Shown here one piece after another: positions 37,816 through 47,491 of a DNA stretch of 49,115 nt (position 1 is the stretch's first letter; each line of letters starts with the position of its first letter). A program made the translations under genes and the position numbers. Origin of the DNA: a virus (taxonomy: Duplodnaviria; Caudoviricetes). The DNA lies in the IMG/VR virus record IMGVR_UViG_3300032330_000578, positions 1 to 49,115 of that record; one strand, 5' to 3'. The notes below the pieces were generated by a model. The model made no database searches, was not told where the DNA came from, and saw nothing but the letters and a program-made list of their open reading frames with translations.

Positions 37816-38788
37816 TTTTGTAACAAAAGTGTTAAATAGCGGCGGCAGCATTACGCCACTAATCATTCCAGCATCTGATAAGACTAAGGGCACTGGACTA
37901 TTTAATCCATCCATCTATAATGATAATGGCAAATTGCTACTCAACCTTAGACATTGCCAGTATACCATTTATCACGCAGAGAAAGGTAAGTTTGAGCACC
38001 ACTATGGTCCACTTGTATACCTTAATCCTGAAAATGATATTACACTAACAACTACCAATTACTTCTGTGAGATTGGAGATGATATGCTCATCTCCAAATA
38101 TACTGCTATTGATACTAGCAAACTTGATGTCACCCCTATCTGGGAGTTTGTTGGTCTTGAAGATTGTCGCGTTGTCCGTTGGGATAACAGATTGTATGTC
38201 TCTGGTGTGCGCCGTGATACAACACCTAATGGTCAAGGTAGAATGGAATTGTCTGAGATTGTACAAGAAGGCGATACAGTAAAGGAGGCGTCTCGCTTCC
38301 GTATTCCAGCGCCAACAATGGATACTTCATATTGCGAAAAGAATTGGATGCCTATTACAGACATGCCATATCATTATGTAAAGTGGAGCAATCCTACTGA
38401 AGTTGTACGCGCAGACCCTGTAACCAAAACTTGCAGCACGGTGTTCTTAGGAACATCCTATGTACAGAAGCCATATGACTATCGTGGCGGTTCACAAGTA
38501 ATTCCGTTTGGTGATTATAGAATCTGCCTAGCCCATACAGTTAATCTTTTTAACAGTAAAGCAGGCAGAAAGAATGCTACATACCGACATGTCTTTATCG
38601 TATGGGATAAGAACTGGAACGTAGTAAAGTATACTGAACCATTTGATTTTATGGGCGGTGAAATTGAATTTGGTTGTGGCATGACTCAATATGGTGATGA
38701 TATTCTTATCACCTTTGGGTTCCAAGATAATGCCGCCTATCTACTTAAGATGCCAGTAAAGTTTATTGAGGATTACATCAATGCTTGA
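37808..38788 (+). CDS. Beta-propeller glycosidase/phosphorylase-like protein (GH130/GH43-like)
   Basis: FNPSI, GLEDCR, EKNWMP, RGGS, EF.CG and FGFQD. Confidence 0.7.
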   Translation: MTNFVTKVLNSGGSITPLIIPASDKTKGTGLFNPSIYNDNGKLLLNLRHCQYTIYHAEKGKFEHHYGPLVYLNPENDITLTTTNYFCEIGDDMLISKYTAIDTSKLDVTPIWEFVGLEDCRVVRWDNRLYVSGVRRDTTPNGQGRMELSEIVQEGDTVKEASRFRIPAPTMDTSYCEKNWMPITDMPYHYVKWSNPTEVVRADPVTKTCSTVFLGTSYVQKPYDYRGGSQVIPFGDYRICLAHTVNLFNSKAGRKNATYRHVFIVWDKNWNVVKYTEPFDFMGGEIEFGCGMTQYGDDILITFGFQDNAAYLLKMPVKFIEDYINA

Positions 38789-40823
38789 TTTGATTAATGC
38801 TATTCGCGAATATTCTATTGACCCCGAAAATGCCGATAAGAATTATACGTTAGGTAGAATTTATGAAGACATAGGTCAGACTGCTGCTGCCATATCATAT
38901 CTTCTTCGTGCTGCTGAAAGAACAGAAGATGATGACCTAGCCTATGAATGTCTTATTCGTGTAGGTACTTGCTTTGACCGCCAAGATAATCGTCATCATA
39001 CAGTTCGTGGCGTATACAAGCATGCTATCATGCATAAGCCTGATAGACCAGAAGCATACTACTTTTTATCCAAGTTTGACAACTACTATCAGAATCATCA
39101 AGATGGTTACTACTATGCGCGTACTGGATTAGCAGTAGCCAATCCTAATCCTACGCCATTGCGCGGTGATGTTGGTTATCCTGGCATATATGGATTAATG
39201 TTAGAGAAAGCAGTTGCCGGTTGGTTGTGGGGTAAGCGGGAAGAATGCGCTGCTCTTCTTGATGACATTGTAACAAATCATTGGACTAATTTGACTCCTT
39301 GGTACAAGGATGCAGTCAATAATTGCTACAACAATTACAAACTAACACGTCCTAAAAATGGTTTGCGTATAGTTGATTGTTTTACCTATTACGATGAAAC
39401 TTGTCGTGAAATGTTAGAGTTGCGTTACAATGTGCTAAAGAATTATGTTGACAAATTTGTAGTTTGCGAGGCTAACAGAACGCAAACTGGCGAGTTGATT
39501 GAACGTAAGTTGCGCGCAACTCTACAAGAACTAAATCTGCCTCTTGATAAATTTGTCATCGTTGACGTTGACATTCCTGATGATGATACATTAATTGTGC
39601 ATGAGATTGATAAACTCAATTCGTATCAGAATGCTAATATCGAATCATACAAGGCTAGAGCGAGAGAGCGTCTACAGAAGAATGGATTGCACAAAGTTGT
39701 AGACCAGTTTAGCAACAATACCTACTTTATTGTAAGCGATTGCGATGAAATTGTAAATCCTAATAATCTTGAGCATATTATTGATATTGTTGAAAAAAAC
39801 AAAGACATGGTTGTAAAGATTCCATTAATTCACCTTGAAGGTCGCGCCAATCTCCGAGTACTCCGCACCGACAGTTGGACTCCAAAACCTTGGGATGGCG
39901 CAATGTTCATCTGTAAGAAGGAGCATCTACTACATGCTGAAGTAATTCAGATTCGTTCAAACATCTTTAATCCATATCAGATTGGATACATTAATGATAA
40001 AGGCAAGCGCGTTGAGGATTTGGGTTGGCATTTTTCTTGGATGGGTGATGCCTATCGTAGAAAGAAGAAACTTAATGGATTTGTACATCGTAATGAGAAA
40101 CTAGATTTTCTACAGACTGGAAGTTACGACAGTCAGGCTACGCTTGAGCGTATGGAAATTGAACCAGTTGCTGGCGCAATTTCAATCAGCTGTGAAGCAA
40201 ATACGATTCTTGCGCCATTTCCTGAATCGCAACTCCCTTCTGCTATCCTAGAGAATCCAAAACTTTACGCATTCTTTATAACTGGCAGCAAAGCAGATAA
40301 AGACTTAATCTTGAAGATGCTTGAAAGTGAGTATGAGAAGGCTTGCTCTGCTGATACTGATATCTTTAAGCATCTCCCAGTGCTTCGCAAATTTGCAAAA
40401 GAATGCAGTCATATTACAGAAATGGGCGTTCGCACGGGACAATCTACTCGCGCTTTGTTAGTGGAACCAGTAACGCTTAGGTCATACGACTTGTATCTAA
40501 ATGATGAAGTAGGCAAACTGTTTGCATTGGCGCAGGCTGCGGATAAGGATGTTAAGTACATTGAGGGCGATACATTACAAATTGAAATAGATGAAACTGA
40601 TTTGCTCTTTATTGATACTGAGCATACCTATACTCAGTTAGCAGCTGAATTAGAACTTCATCATCACAAGGCTAGAAAGTATATTGCTTTCCACGATACT
40701 GATAAGCCATTTGCAGAAGAATTGCTTCCTGCTATCATTGAATTTATGATTAGACATCCTGAGTGGGAATTCTGCCACCACAGCAAAGAATGTCATGGTT
40801 TCACCGTAATTAAGAGAAGATAA
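38781..40823 (+). CDS. TPR + GT17-like + methyltransferase fusion
   Basis: N-terminal TPRs; VDCF.Y...LELR...SDCDEI...GWHFSW (GT17-like); EMGVR.G.ST...FIDTEH...FHD (Methyltransf_24-like). Confidence 0.75.
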   Translation: MLDLINAIREYSIDPENADKNYTLGRIYEDIGQTAAAISYLLRAAERTEDDDLAYECLIRVGTCFDRQDNRHHTVRGVYKHAIMHKPDRPEAYYFLSKFDNYYQNHQDGYYYARTGLAVANPNPTPLRGDVGYPGIYGLMLEKAVAGWLWGKREECAALLDDIVTNHWTNLTPWYKDAVNNCYNNYKLTRPKNGLRIVDCFTYYDETCREMLELRYNVLKNYVDKFVVCEANRTQTGELIERKLRATLQELNLPLDKFVIVDVDIPDDDTLIVHEIDKLNSYQNANIESYKARARERLQKNGLHKVVDQFSNNTYFIVSDCDEIVNPNNLEHIIDIVEKNKDMVVKIPLIHLEGRANLRVLRTDSWTPKPWDGAMFICKKEHLLHAEVIQIRSNIFNPYQIGYINDKGKRVEDLGWHFSWMGDAYRRKKKLNGFVHRNEKLDFLQTGSYDSQATLERMEIEPVAGAISISCEANTILAPFPESQLPSAILENPKLYAFFITGSKADKDLILKMLESEYEKACSADTDIFKHLPVLRKFAKECSHITEMGVRTGQSTRALLVEPVTLRSYDLYLNDEVGKLFALAQAADKDVKYIEGDTLQIEIDETDLLFIDTEHTYTQLAAELELHHHKARKYIAFHDTDKPFAEELLPAIIEFMIRHPEWEFCHHSKECHGFTVIKRR

Positions 40824-41479
40824 TGGCATACATTAACGCAAATATCCCGCCCATAGAGTGCTATGTGCGGTCAAACTTCCTACAGAATCGACCTGAGTGG
40901 GATGATGAAAAGGATACATATCTTCCAGTATTGGTATTTGGCGTGGCATCTATACCACACCGAGTGCCATTATTTCATTTCATTATGGAGGATGAGGGAC
41001 TTTGGTTCCGTATGCCAATTCACGCATTCTGTCACAAAACCCCAGCCAAACAATCTGAACTTACCAATCTAGTTTTATGGGATTGTTTCAGTTATCATGT
41101 TGGTGTTACGCAGTATGACTTTTTAATCAACAAGCGTATGCGGTACATTGACCGTAACAAGAACTGGCAAGATGGAACTTACTTGTTCACTCTTGATTGG
41201 GCTCAGGAGGATAAGAATGTCGCGGATTTGGGATTTAGTGAAGTCCCTGGTCAGCACAAATGTGGGCACGTCATCAAACTCGACAACGGTAATTTTGCCA
41301 TCCAGCCAAACAACCGCATCAGAGCATTTGAACCCTCCTTTGTTACAAAACCAGGACAAAATGTTATTGAGCGTAAGATTGGCACCCACATGTGGTCTGT
41401 TGAAAATACAACAAAGTGGGTCTTGTCGGACGATGACAGGTATGACTATACAGTGGAGGAAAAGACTAATGGCAACTGA
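40823..41479 (+). CDS. Conserved phage hypothetical protein
   Basis: LWDCFS...YLFTLDW...HKC.H...QPNNR motif set. Confidence 0.7.
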   Translation: MAYINANIPPIECYVRSNFLQNRPEWDDEKDTYLPVLVFGVASIPHRVPLFHFIMEDEGLWFRMPIHAFCHKTPAKQSELTNLVLWDCFSYHVGVTQYDFLINKRMRYIDRNKNWQDGTYLFTLDWAQEDKNVADLGFSEVPGQHKCGHVIKLDNGNFAIQPNNRIRAFEPSFVTKPGQNVIERKIGTHMWSVENTTKWVLSDDDRYDYTVEEKTNGN

Positions 41480-41786
41480 GTACGATTTTGGATTTAGTTT
41501 TGAAGACAGTGAACCAACAACTCCTGTAGTTTCTAACAATACTGACCTTAAAGTTTTACAGGAAAAAGTAGACTCCCTTTTGACATCGCAGACTAGTTTG
41601 CTTGACACGCAGAACCAGTTGCTGGAAGAACGGTATAAAGCCAAGTTGAAGGAAGTAGAAGGCTTGATTCTACCGCTTCTATATAATCTGATGAAGAACC
41701 CCGATAAGGCTTACATCAAGTGGGAGAATCGGGCACCTGTCATACAAAAACAGATTGACAAGATTACGGCAATTACTAGGAGTTAA
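41469..41786 (+). CDS. Hypothetical protein
   Basis: MATEYDFGFSF start; LPLL.NL.KNPDK.YI.W.NR. Confidence 0.7.
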   Translation: MATEYDFGFSFEDSEPTTPVVSNNTDLKVLQEKVDSLLTSQTSLLDTQNQLLEERYKAKLKEVEGLILPLLYNLMKNPDKAYIKWENRAPVIQKQIDKITAITRS

Positions 41787-41788
41787 CA

Positions 41789-41995
41789 ATGTCAGACAAA
41801 ATCACATGTGACAACTGTGGTTCTGTCTTCGCTTTACTATATGATGAAGATGAGGTAAGTTATACCCCATCACACTGCCCTTTCTGCGGAGACTACTACG
41901 ACAACGCATCAGAAGAATTAGATTTCAACAATGATGACGACAATTTCAAAGACATGATGGAAAGCGATGATGTCCTGTTTGGGGATGAAGATTGA
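41789..41995 (+). CDS. Small zinc-ribbon protein
   Basis: CDNC...CPFCG followed by an acidic tail. Confidence 0.75.
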   Translation: MSDKITCDNCGSVFALLYDEDEVSYTPSHCPFCGDYYDNASEELDFNNDDDNFKDMMESDDVLFGDED

Positions 41996-42543
41996 TTGTT
42001 GTTGGCATCGACTACTCGCTGACTTGTCCCTGTGTTTGTGTCGCCAAAGACCAAACATTCAGTAATAGTTACTTTTACTATTTGACAGACAGGAAATCAG
42101 TGATAGGCAAGTTTCATAACATCCTTGGTGAACCTCACTCTGAGTACTTGACGGACCAAGAACGGTATGAGAACATTGCAATTTGGGTGCTTGAAATTTT
42201 ATCCAATTTCAATCGCGATGAAATTGTTATCATGATTGAAGACTATTCCTTTGGTTCAAAGGGCAGAGTGTTTAACCTTGCTGAGAATTGCGGCATTCTA
42301 AAGTACTTGTTATATAAGCACAACTACATATTCCATACTGTTGCTCCTACCGTTATCAAAAAGTTTGCCACGGGCAAGGGTAATGCAACAAAAGAAAAGA
42401 TGTATGAGGCTTTTGTTAGTGATACAATGATTGACTTACATAACATCTTGTTGCCAAACGTCAAACTAAACTCCCCTATCACGGACATTGTTGACGCTTG
42501 GTACTTGGCAAGATACATGAAACATAGTTTGGAGAAAGTATGA
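41992..42543 (+). CDS. RuvC-like (RNase H fold) nuclease/resolvase
   Basis: GIDYS, IEDY, P..IKKFATGKGNA.K and DIVDA. Confidence 0.8.
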   Translation: MIVVGIDYSLTCPCVCVAKDQTFSNSYFYYLTDRKSVIGKFHNILGEPHSEYLTDQERYENIAIWVLEILSNFNRDEIVIMIEDYSFGSKGRVFNLAENCGILKYLLYKHNYIFHTVAPTVIKKFATGKGNATKEKMYEAFVSDTMIDLHNILLPNVKLNSPITDIVDAWYLARYMKHSLEKV

Positions 42544-43526
42544 AAAAGGTTTTGGTTACTGGCGCAGCTGGATTTTTAGGTTCACACCTTTGCGAGAGAT
42601 TGCTTGCTGAAGGTTGTCGCGTATATGCTTTTGATAACTTGTACACTGGTTCTCTAGACAACATTAGTCACCTAATGACTAGTGATATGTTTAGTTTTCA
42701 TCAGATGGATGTTACATATACTAACTTTGTTCATATTGCTCATAACCGCACTGGTGGCAATCTAAGTGAAATTTACAATCTTGCCTGCCCAGCATCTCCG
42801 GTTCATTATCAGAAAGACCCGATTTATACTTGGAAGACAAGTGTTATTGGCGCAATGAATATTCTTGAACTAGCCGAGTTTGTTAAAAAGTTTGATGGCA
42901 TCTCACCACGTGTTGTGCAAGCATCTACGTCTGAAGTGTATGGCGACCCTCATGTTCACCCGCAACCTGAAAGTTATTTTGGTAATGTTAATCCAATTGG
43001 AATTAGGTCTTGTTATGATGAAGGCAAACGCGCAGCAGAATCCCTTTTCTTTGACTTTAAACGAGTTCATGATACTAACACTGGCGTGTTCCGTATTTTT
43101 AATACTTATGGTCCACGTATGGCTACGGATGATGGTCGTGTAGTCAGTAACTTTATTGTTGCTGGCATTCGCAAAGAACCTCTTGTCATCCAAGGAACCG
43201 GACAGCAGAGTCGCAGTTTCTGTTACGTTGATGACTTGATTGAAGGCATTCTACGATTCGCAAGAAGTGACCTTGCTGGTCCTGTAAACATTGGCAACCC
43301 AACTGAGTTTACTATTCAGCAATTAGCGGATATGATAGTAGACCGTTACGGAATTGAGACATGTTATGTTCCTGCTGTACAAGATGACCCAAAACAGCGT
43401 AAGCCTGATATCACTACAGCACAAACTCGACTGAAGTGGAATCCTACTGTAGAACTACAAGAAGGTCTAGAAAAGACCGCAGCATACTTTGAGGAGAAAC
43501 TAAAATGTCGGAGCGAGACACTGTAG
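42540..43526 (+). CDS. UDP-glucuronate decarboxylase (UDP-xylose synthase)
   Basis: GAAGFLGSHL, LACPASP, STSEVYGDP, YDEGKR, RIFNTYGP and DDP.QR.PDI. Confidence 0.9.
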   Translation: MKKVLVTGAAGFLGSHLCERLLAEGCRVYAFDNLYTGSLDNISHLMTSDMFSFHQMDVTYTNFVHIAHNRTGGNLSEIYNLACPASPVHYQKDPIYTWKTSVIGAMNILELAEFVKKFDGISPRVVQASTSEVYGDPHVHPQPESYFGNVNPIGIRSCYDEGKRAAESLFFDFKRVHDTNTGVFRIFNTYGPRMATDDGRVVSNFIVAGIRKEPLVIQGTGQQSRSFCYVDDLIEGILRFARSDLAGPVNIGNPTEFTIQQLADMIVDRYGIETCYVPAVQDDPKQRKPDITTAQTRLKWNPTVELQEGLEKTAAYFEEKLKCRSETL

Positions 43527-43879
43527 AGAATTGCGATGGCGCGTTTTGGTATCTCACTACTGAGACAACAGCCAATTCTGAAAACACTGTATTGAATACT
43601 GACTTTTATAAATTCAAGAATGCAACCAAAGCCGTAGAAACTGAAATTGGCTTTAAATACAATATTTTACTTTTCAAAGAAAACGAAGTAGAATATACGA
43701 AAGCCGTGCTTGGTGACCCGCATGGCTACATCTCCAGATTAGGCAAAATGGGATACAATGGTCTGCTTGTCAAGGTGGACAGTATTCCAAAGAAAACGCT
43801 TAAACAGATGGTACAAAAGGTTATGGGGGACTTCTCCATTCCCGATTCGCAAATTAAGAATGTACTTAAACAAGTGTGA
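43505..43879 (+). CDS. Hypothetical protein
   Basis: 124-aa ORF with a GAGGAG Shine-Dalgarno. Confidence 0.65.
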   Translation: MSERDTVENCDGAFWYLTTETTANSENTVLNTDFYKFKNATKAVETEIGFKYNILLFKENEVEYTKAVLGDPHGYISRLGKMGYNGLLVKVDSIPKKTLKQMVQKVMGDFSIPDSQIKNVLKQV

Positions 43880-43886
43880 GGTTATT

Positions 43887-44189
43887 ATGAATAATGATGT
43901 TGTGACTACTAATGATGGGTTCTTTGTTCGTGAACCCAAGGCTGACATGAATCAGGCTCAGTTATCTGAATTGCTCAAGAACAACGTGATGACTGTCACC
44001 TTCACTAAGGTTGATGGTACTGAGCGCACTATGCGCTGCACTCTGCTTCCTGAATATCTCCCGCCTGAAACCGGCAACAAGCAACTGCTTACTGAAGGCG
44101 CGCGCAACAATCTCTCTGTATGGGATGTTAAAGCAGGTGGTTGGCGTTCCTTCCGTGTTGATTCCGTCAAGAACATTCGCATAGGTTAA
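43887..44189 (+). CDS. WYL-like/SH3 beta-barrel small protein
   Basis: VTFTKVDGTERTMRCTL...VWD....WRSFR.DSV; GAGG Shine-Dalgarno. Confidence 0.8.
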   Translation: MNNDVVTTNDGFFVREPKADMNQAQLSELLKNNVMTVTFTKVDGTERTMRCTLLPEYLPPETGNKQLLTEGARNNLSVWDVKAGGWRSFRVDSVKNIRIG

Positions 44190-44194
44190 AAATA

Positions 44195-45232
44195 ATGGCA
44201 AAGGTTCGTAAGCCTGTCTACAATCTGGAACCAGATTGGAAAGGTGAATTCACGCAGTCTGATATCATCAAAGCCTATACTTGGTATGATGAGAACAAGA
44301 ATGAGAAGGATGCTTCAGCCTATCTTAAGGTTGAACAGAATATTGCGCGCAACTTCCGTACACTAGCATGGTCTAAGCGCATGCTGGAACGTGGCTGCGT
44401 ATTTACAGAAACATCTCTTGCTACCATTGAACAGATGGAGCAGGATATGAAGGATGAGGTTGCTAGGATTAAGGCTGCACGGCTAGCCGTTCAAGCGGCA
44501 AAGGTTAACACCCCAAGTATTCAAGAACTAACTGAACAGAAGGCTAAGAGATTCATTTCTGAACTTGAAGGTGCTGTTGATGACTATGAAAGCAAGTACA
44601 GCGAGTTTAATGCCTATGAATGGATGACTGAGAATAATGTAAAAGCCGCGCATGCTGGTTACATTGCAGATTACTTTCGCGAACGTTCTAAGGAACTTGT
44701 ATTGGCTCTGTCTGGTAAAGACAAAGAGTTGGCTGAAGGGTATGCTGCGCTTGGAAAGACCAAGTTGATGAATCTAACCAAAATGATTGCCGGTATTGTA
44801 CAAGATGCAGGTAAGATTGGCGTCAATCAAAAGATTGTTCGCAAGCCTCGCATGAAGAAGTCTGTTTCTGTAGAAAAGATTCTCAGTAAGTTGACCTTCA
44901 AGCAGGAAGACACGGAATTTAAGTTAACTTCCCTGAATCCAGTAAAGATTCTTGAAGCCCAGCAACTTTGGGTATTTAACGTGAAAACGCGCAAACTAGG
45001 TTTGTATGTTGCAGAAAACAGTGCTGGATTGGCTGTAAAGGGTGCTACAATCACCAATTACAATCCATCTAATTCTATCTCCAAGACACTTCGTAAACCA
45101 AAAGACGTTCTAAATACGGTTGTGACTGGCGGTAAGATTGCCCTCCGTAAGGTTATGGATGGCGTCAACGCCAAGCCTCAGAAACTTAATGGACGTATCA
45201 ACAAAGATACAATTCTGCTAAGGGTAGAATAG
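44195..45232 (+). CDS. Conserved T4-like hypothetical protein
   Basis: 345-aa ORF ending KTLRKP...NGRIN..TILL. Confidence 0.75.
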   Translation: MAKVRKPVYNLEPDWKGEFTQSDIIKAYTWYDENKNEKDASAYLKVEQNIARNFRTLAWSKRMLERGCVFTETSLATIEQMEQDMKDEVARIKAARLAVQAAKVNTPSIQELTEQKAKRFISELEGAVDDYESKYSEFNAYEWMTENNVKAAHAGYIADYFRERSKELVLALSGKDKELAEGYAALGKTKLMNLTKMIAGIVQDAGKIGVNQKIVRKPRMKKSVSVEKILSKLTFKQEDTEFKLTSLNPVKILEAQQLWVFNVKTRKLGLYVAENSAGLAVKGATITNYNPSNSISKTLRKPKDVLNTVVTGGKIALRKVMDGVNAKPQKLNGRINKDTILLRVE

Positions 45233-45241
45233 GGAGCAAAC

Positions 45242-45763
45242 ATGGTTCGAATTCAAAACACACTTTTGGATAAGAGCGATGTGACTTATATTAAAGAGTA
45301 CGCGAATTTTGTATTGAATCGCTTTGTGCCCAAGTCAGTTCAAAAGACTGCACTAATCAAAATTAAGATTATTCATCCGGATGACTTGGATGATGAGGAA
45401 TATGAGGAAGCCAAGAACATACGGGCTTGGTGTATGTATGAAGGTGTTGTCAAAAACAAACGTCAGTTTGATATAGTCTTAACATATCCTAGATATAATG
45501 CGGCTGCTAAAAAGCCACTGACACGTCTGAAGAAGATACTCATTGACCTTGGACATGAATTAATTCATGTTAAGCAATACCTCAACAACGAGATATTTGA
45601 CTACAAGAATGGGTTTGTTCGATACAAAGGTGAAGAGTTTGATGATTCATACAAATCTAAACTGGAAAATTATTTTGAATCGCCGTGGGAAATTGAAGCC
45701 TATGGTCGCGAACTTGGTTTGTTCCGTATATATGAGCAAATAAAAAAGAAGGGAGAGTTGTAA
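45242..45763 (+). CDS. HExxH metallopeptidase-like protein
   Basis: LGHELIHVKQY...PWEIEAYGRE. Confidence 0.75.
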   Translation: MVRIQNTLLDKSDVTYIKEYANFVLNRFVPKSVQKTALIKIKIIHPDDLDDEEYEEAKNIRAWCMYEGVVKNKRQFDIVLTYPRYNAAAKKPLTRLKKILIDLGHELIHVKQYLNNEIFDYKNGFVRYKGEEFDDSYKSKLENYFESPWEIEAYGRELGLFRIYEQIKKKGEL

Positions 45764-45768
45764 GTTTT

Positions 45769-45948
45769 ATGTCTAAGAAGAAGCGTTACGAATACAGAGA
45801 ATCTAGTGAGTCTGATGGCGACTACCGCGATAAACGTAAATCACACCGATTACAGCCACATGACCGCTGGCGTGCGAATGACTATTCAACATTAAACCTC
45901 ACAGGTGAGGACTATGAAGATGAAGAAGAATGGGACAACGAAAACTGA
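45769..45948 (+). CDS. Small charged hypothetical protein (59 aa, not in the ORF track)
   Basis: MSKKKRYEYRE...EDEEEWDNEN* fills the intergenic gap. Confidence 0.5.
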   Translation: MSKKKRYEYRESSESDGDYRDKRKSHRLQPHDRWRANDYSTLNLTGEDYEDEEEWDNEN

Positions 45949-46126
45949 AAAGATTGTAACCTACCGCAATCGCATTAATAGCGACATTCTATACACAAGT
46001 AACATGTATGAAAGTCGCTTTGTTGATGGTGCTGAATTTATCCAAGTATTTCAGCAGAACACACCATTTAACATTCGGCGCACAAATTGGATGCGCAAGG
46101 ACAGCCTAGAATTGGTAAAAACGTAA
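45914..46126 (+). CDS. Hypothetical protein
   Basis: GAGG Shine-Dalgarno before the ATG. Confidence 0.55.
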   Translation: MKMKKNGTTKTEKIVTYRNRINSDILYTSNMYESRFVDGAEFIQVFQQNTPFNIRRTNWMRKDSLELVKT

Positions 46127-46182
46127 CCTATTGATTCTACAGAATTTTTTCCTATCGACTTTTCCCTCAATTTCAGTACAAT
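46124..46182 (+). promoter_or_regulatory. Early promoter unit 1 (IHF-consensus site + TCGACT/TACAAT)
   Basis: TAACCTATTGATT, T-tract, then TCGACT-16 bp-TACAAT; the architecture repeats at 46760. Confidence 0.6.
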
Positions 46183-46212
46183 AAAGGTATAGTGAAATTT
46201 GAGGAAAAAAAG

Positions 46213-46575
46213 ATGATTCGTGTTTACCACCGCACCTGGACTGCTGAAGATGAGTTTACTGTCCTGGTTCATGGCGCTGCCGTTCTGAACAATCCGCAGG
46301 AGTTGGTCGCTGAAGTGCTGACCGATGACCTTGAGGAAGCGTACCGCATGACGCAGAACATCGAAGGTTCGTGGTCCAAGCCGCGCCTCATGTTCGATGA
46401 GTATGACCGTCTGTCGGAAAATCCTGACTTCCATCCGGAAGTGTGGGTCAAGGCTCCACTCCACGTGGTTGATGGTCGCGAGTATGGCTTGCGCTCCACC
46501 ATGATGGGCGACATCATGGAAAAGGATGGCGTCAAGTATCAGGTTGATTTCTTTGGCTTCAAGCAGGTTGCCTAA
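46213..46575 (+). CDS. Early hypothetical protein
   Basis: GAGG Shine-Dalgarno; TQNIEGSW...RSTMMGD motif. Confidence 0.7.
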   Translation: MIRVYHRTWTAEDEFTVLVHGAAVLNNPQELVAEVLTDDLEEAYRMTQNIEGSWSKPRLMFDEYDRLSENPDFHPEVWVKAPLHVVDGREYGLRSTMMGDIMEKDGVKYQVDFFGFKQVA

Positions 46576-46576
46576 C

Positions 46577-46762
46577 ATGAAGATGTGCGAATTTATCAAG
46601 AGCGTGACCGACAAGAATGGCACCACTTTGTGCCTGTTCCAGGTGGGCAACTACCAGTATGAAATTGACACTCGCAATGGTGACTCTTTCAAGGCTATTG
46701 CGATGGTTGATGGCTCCTGCGAAGACGCCATCAACGTCATGGAATCTCTGGCTGTTCTTTAA
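46577..46762 (+). CDS. Early hypothetical protein
   Basis: MKMCEFIKSV... begins 1 nt after the previous stop. Confidence 0.55.
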   Translation: MKMCEFIKSVTDKNGTTLCLFQVGNYQYEIDTRNGDSFKAIAMVDGSCEDAINVMESLAVL

Positions 46763-46818
46763 GCCATTGATTTCGCAAGAATTTTTGGCATCGACTTTTT
46801 CTCAGAATCCAGTATTAT
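46760..46818 (+). promoter_or_regulatory. Early promoter unit 2 (IHF-consensus site + TCGACT/TATTAT)
   Basis: TAAGCCATTGATT, T-tract, then TCGACT-16 bp-TATTAT. Confidence 0.6.
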
Positions 46819-46824
46819 ATACCT

Positions 46825-47040
46825 ATGAACACTGAAGCAGGCACGAAAATGAACGAAAATATGAAAGAGTTGATTGCGCACGTCGAAGCCATGGGGCATG
46901 AAAGTGGCAACCAGTATGCGTATTGCGCTGGTTACTATGAGTCGCTGCTGACGCATCTCGCAAGGGAATTTCCTGAAGTTGATGCTTTCTTGCAGCGTCG
47001 GGTCAACTACATCAACAGCCAAAACAAGGTTGCTGCGTAA
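46825..47040 (+). CDS. Early hypothetical protein
   Basis: YAYCAGYYESLL helical small protein; start uncertain. Confidence 0.6.
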   Translation: MNTEAGTKMNENMKELIAHVEAMGHESGNQYAYCAGYYESLLTHLAREFPEVDAFLQRRVNYINSQNKVAA

Positions 47041-47041
47041 C

Positions 47042-47257
47042 ATGATGAACGTATACACTAAGTCTGACAAACAATTAGATGATTTGCTCATGAGCATCTC
47101 TGTTTCTGAAATGAGTCTGCGGTATGACCGCACTCCAGAAGATTTGGAGAAGTTTGCAATCAAGTTGCAACGGCTGGCTATTGACATGAAGCGCATCGTG
47201 GTGCAAGCGGAAATGGAGCGCATTGCGATGCAACCCAAGGCAGAGAAAGCAGCGTGA
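47042..47257 (+). CDS. Early hypothetical protein
   Basis: Begins 1 nt after the previous stop. Confidence 0.55.
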   Translation: MMNVYTKSDKQLDDLLMSISVSEMSLRYDRTPEDLEKFAIKLQRLAIDMKRIVVQAEMERIAMQPKAEKAA

Positions 47258-47391
47258 TAGCAATTTTCCCGTTTGTTTGCCTTTGGGCTGCTTTTGGGCT
47301 TTGGAATTACGCTGCAATCACGTTTGTGGTTGGAATGCTGCTTGAGTGGCTTGCAAGGCAACCACCGGGAGATGATGATGGAAGTCATTAA
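47254..47391 (+). CDS. Small membrane protein (45 aa, not in the ORF track)
   Basis: GTGA-coupled; MIAIFPFVCLWAAFGLWNYAAITFVVGMLLEW is hydrophobic. Confidence 0.4.
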   Translation: MIAIFPFVCLWAAFGLWNYAAITFVVGMLLEWLARQPPGDDDGSH

Positions 47392-47491
47392 TGTTTGTTT
47401 TGGAATGGCTCTTGGTTTGCTATCTGTAGCAATCAACTTGTACATTGTGTACAAGTTCATTCGTCACATTTTCTTTTTCAATCCACTATGA
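47372..47491 (+). CDS. Small membrane protein
   Basis: MMMEVINVCFGMALGLLSVAINLYIVYKF single TM; ATGA-coupled to the next gene. Confidence 0.45.
   Translation: MMMEVINVCFGMALGLLSVAINLYIVYKFIRHIFFFNPL

Noticed and set aside
41123-41644. 173-aa minus-strand ORF and other short minus-strand ORFs in the track
   Set aside because: All overlap well-supported + strand genes and show no protein-like features.
46051-47460. Long minus-strand ORFs (199 aa and 233 aa)
   Set aside because: They are antisense shadows of + strand genes with good Shine-Dalgarno sites, cross promoter regions and have no recognisable motifs.
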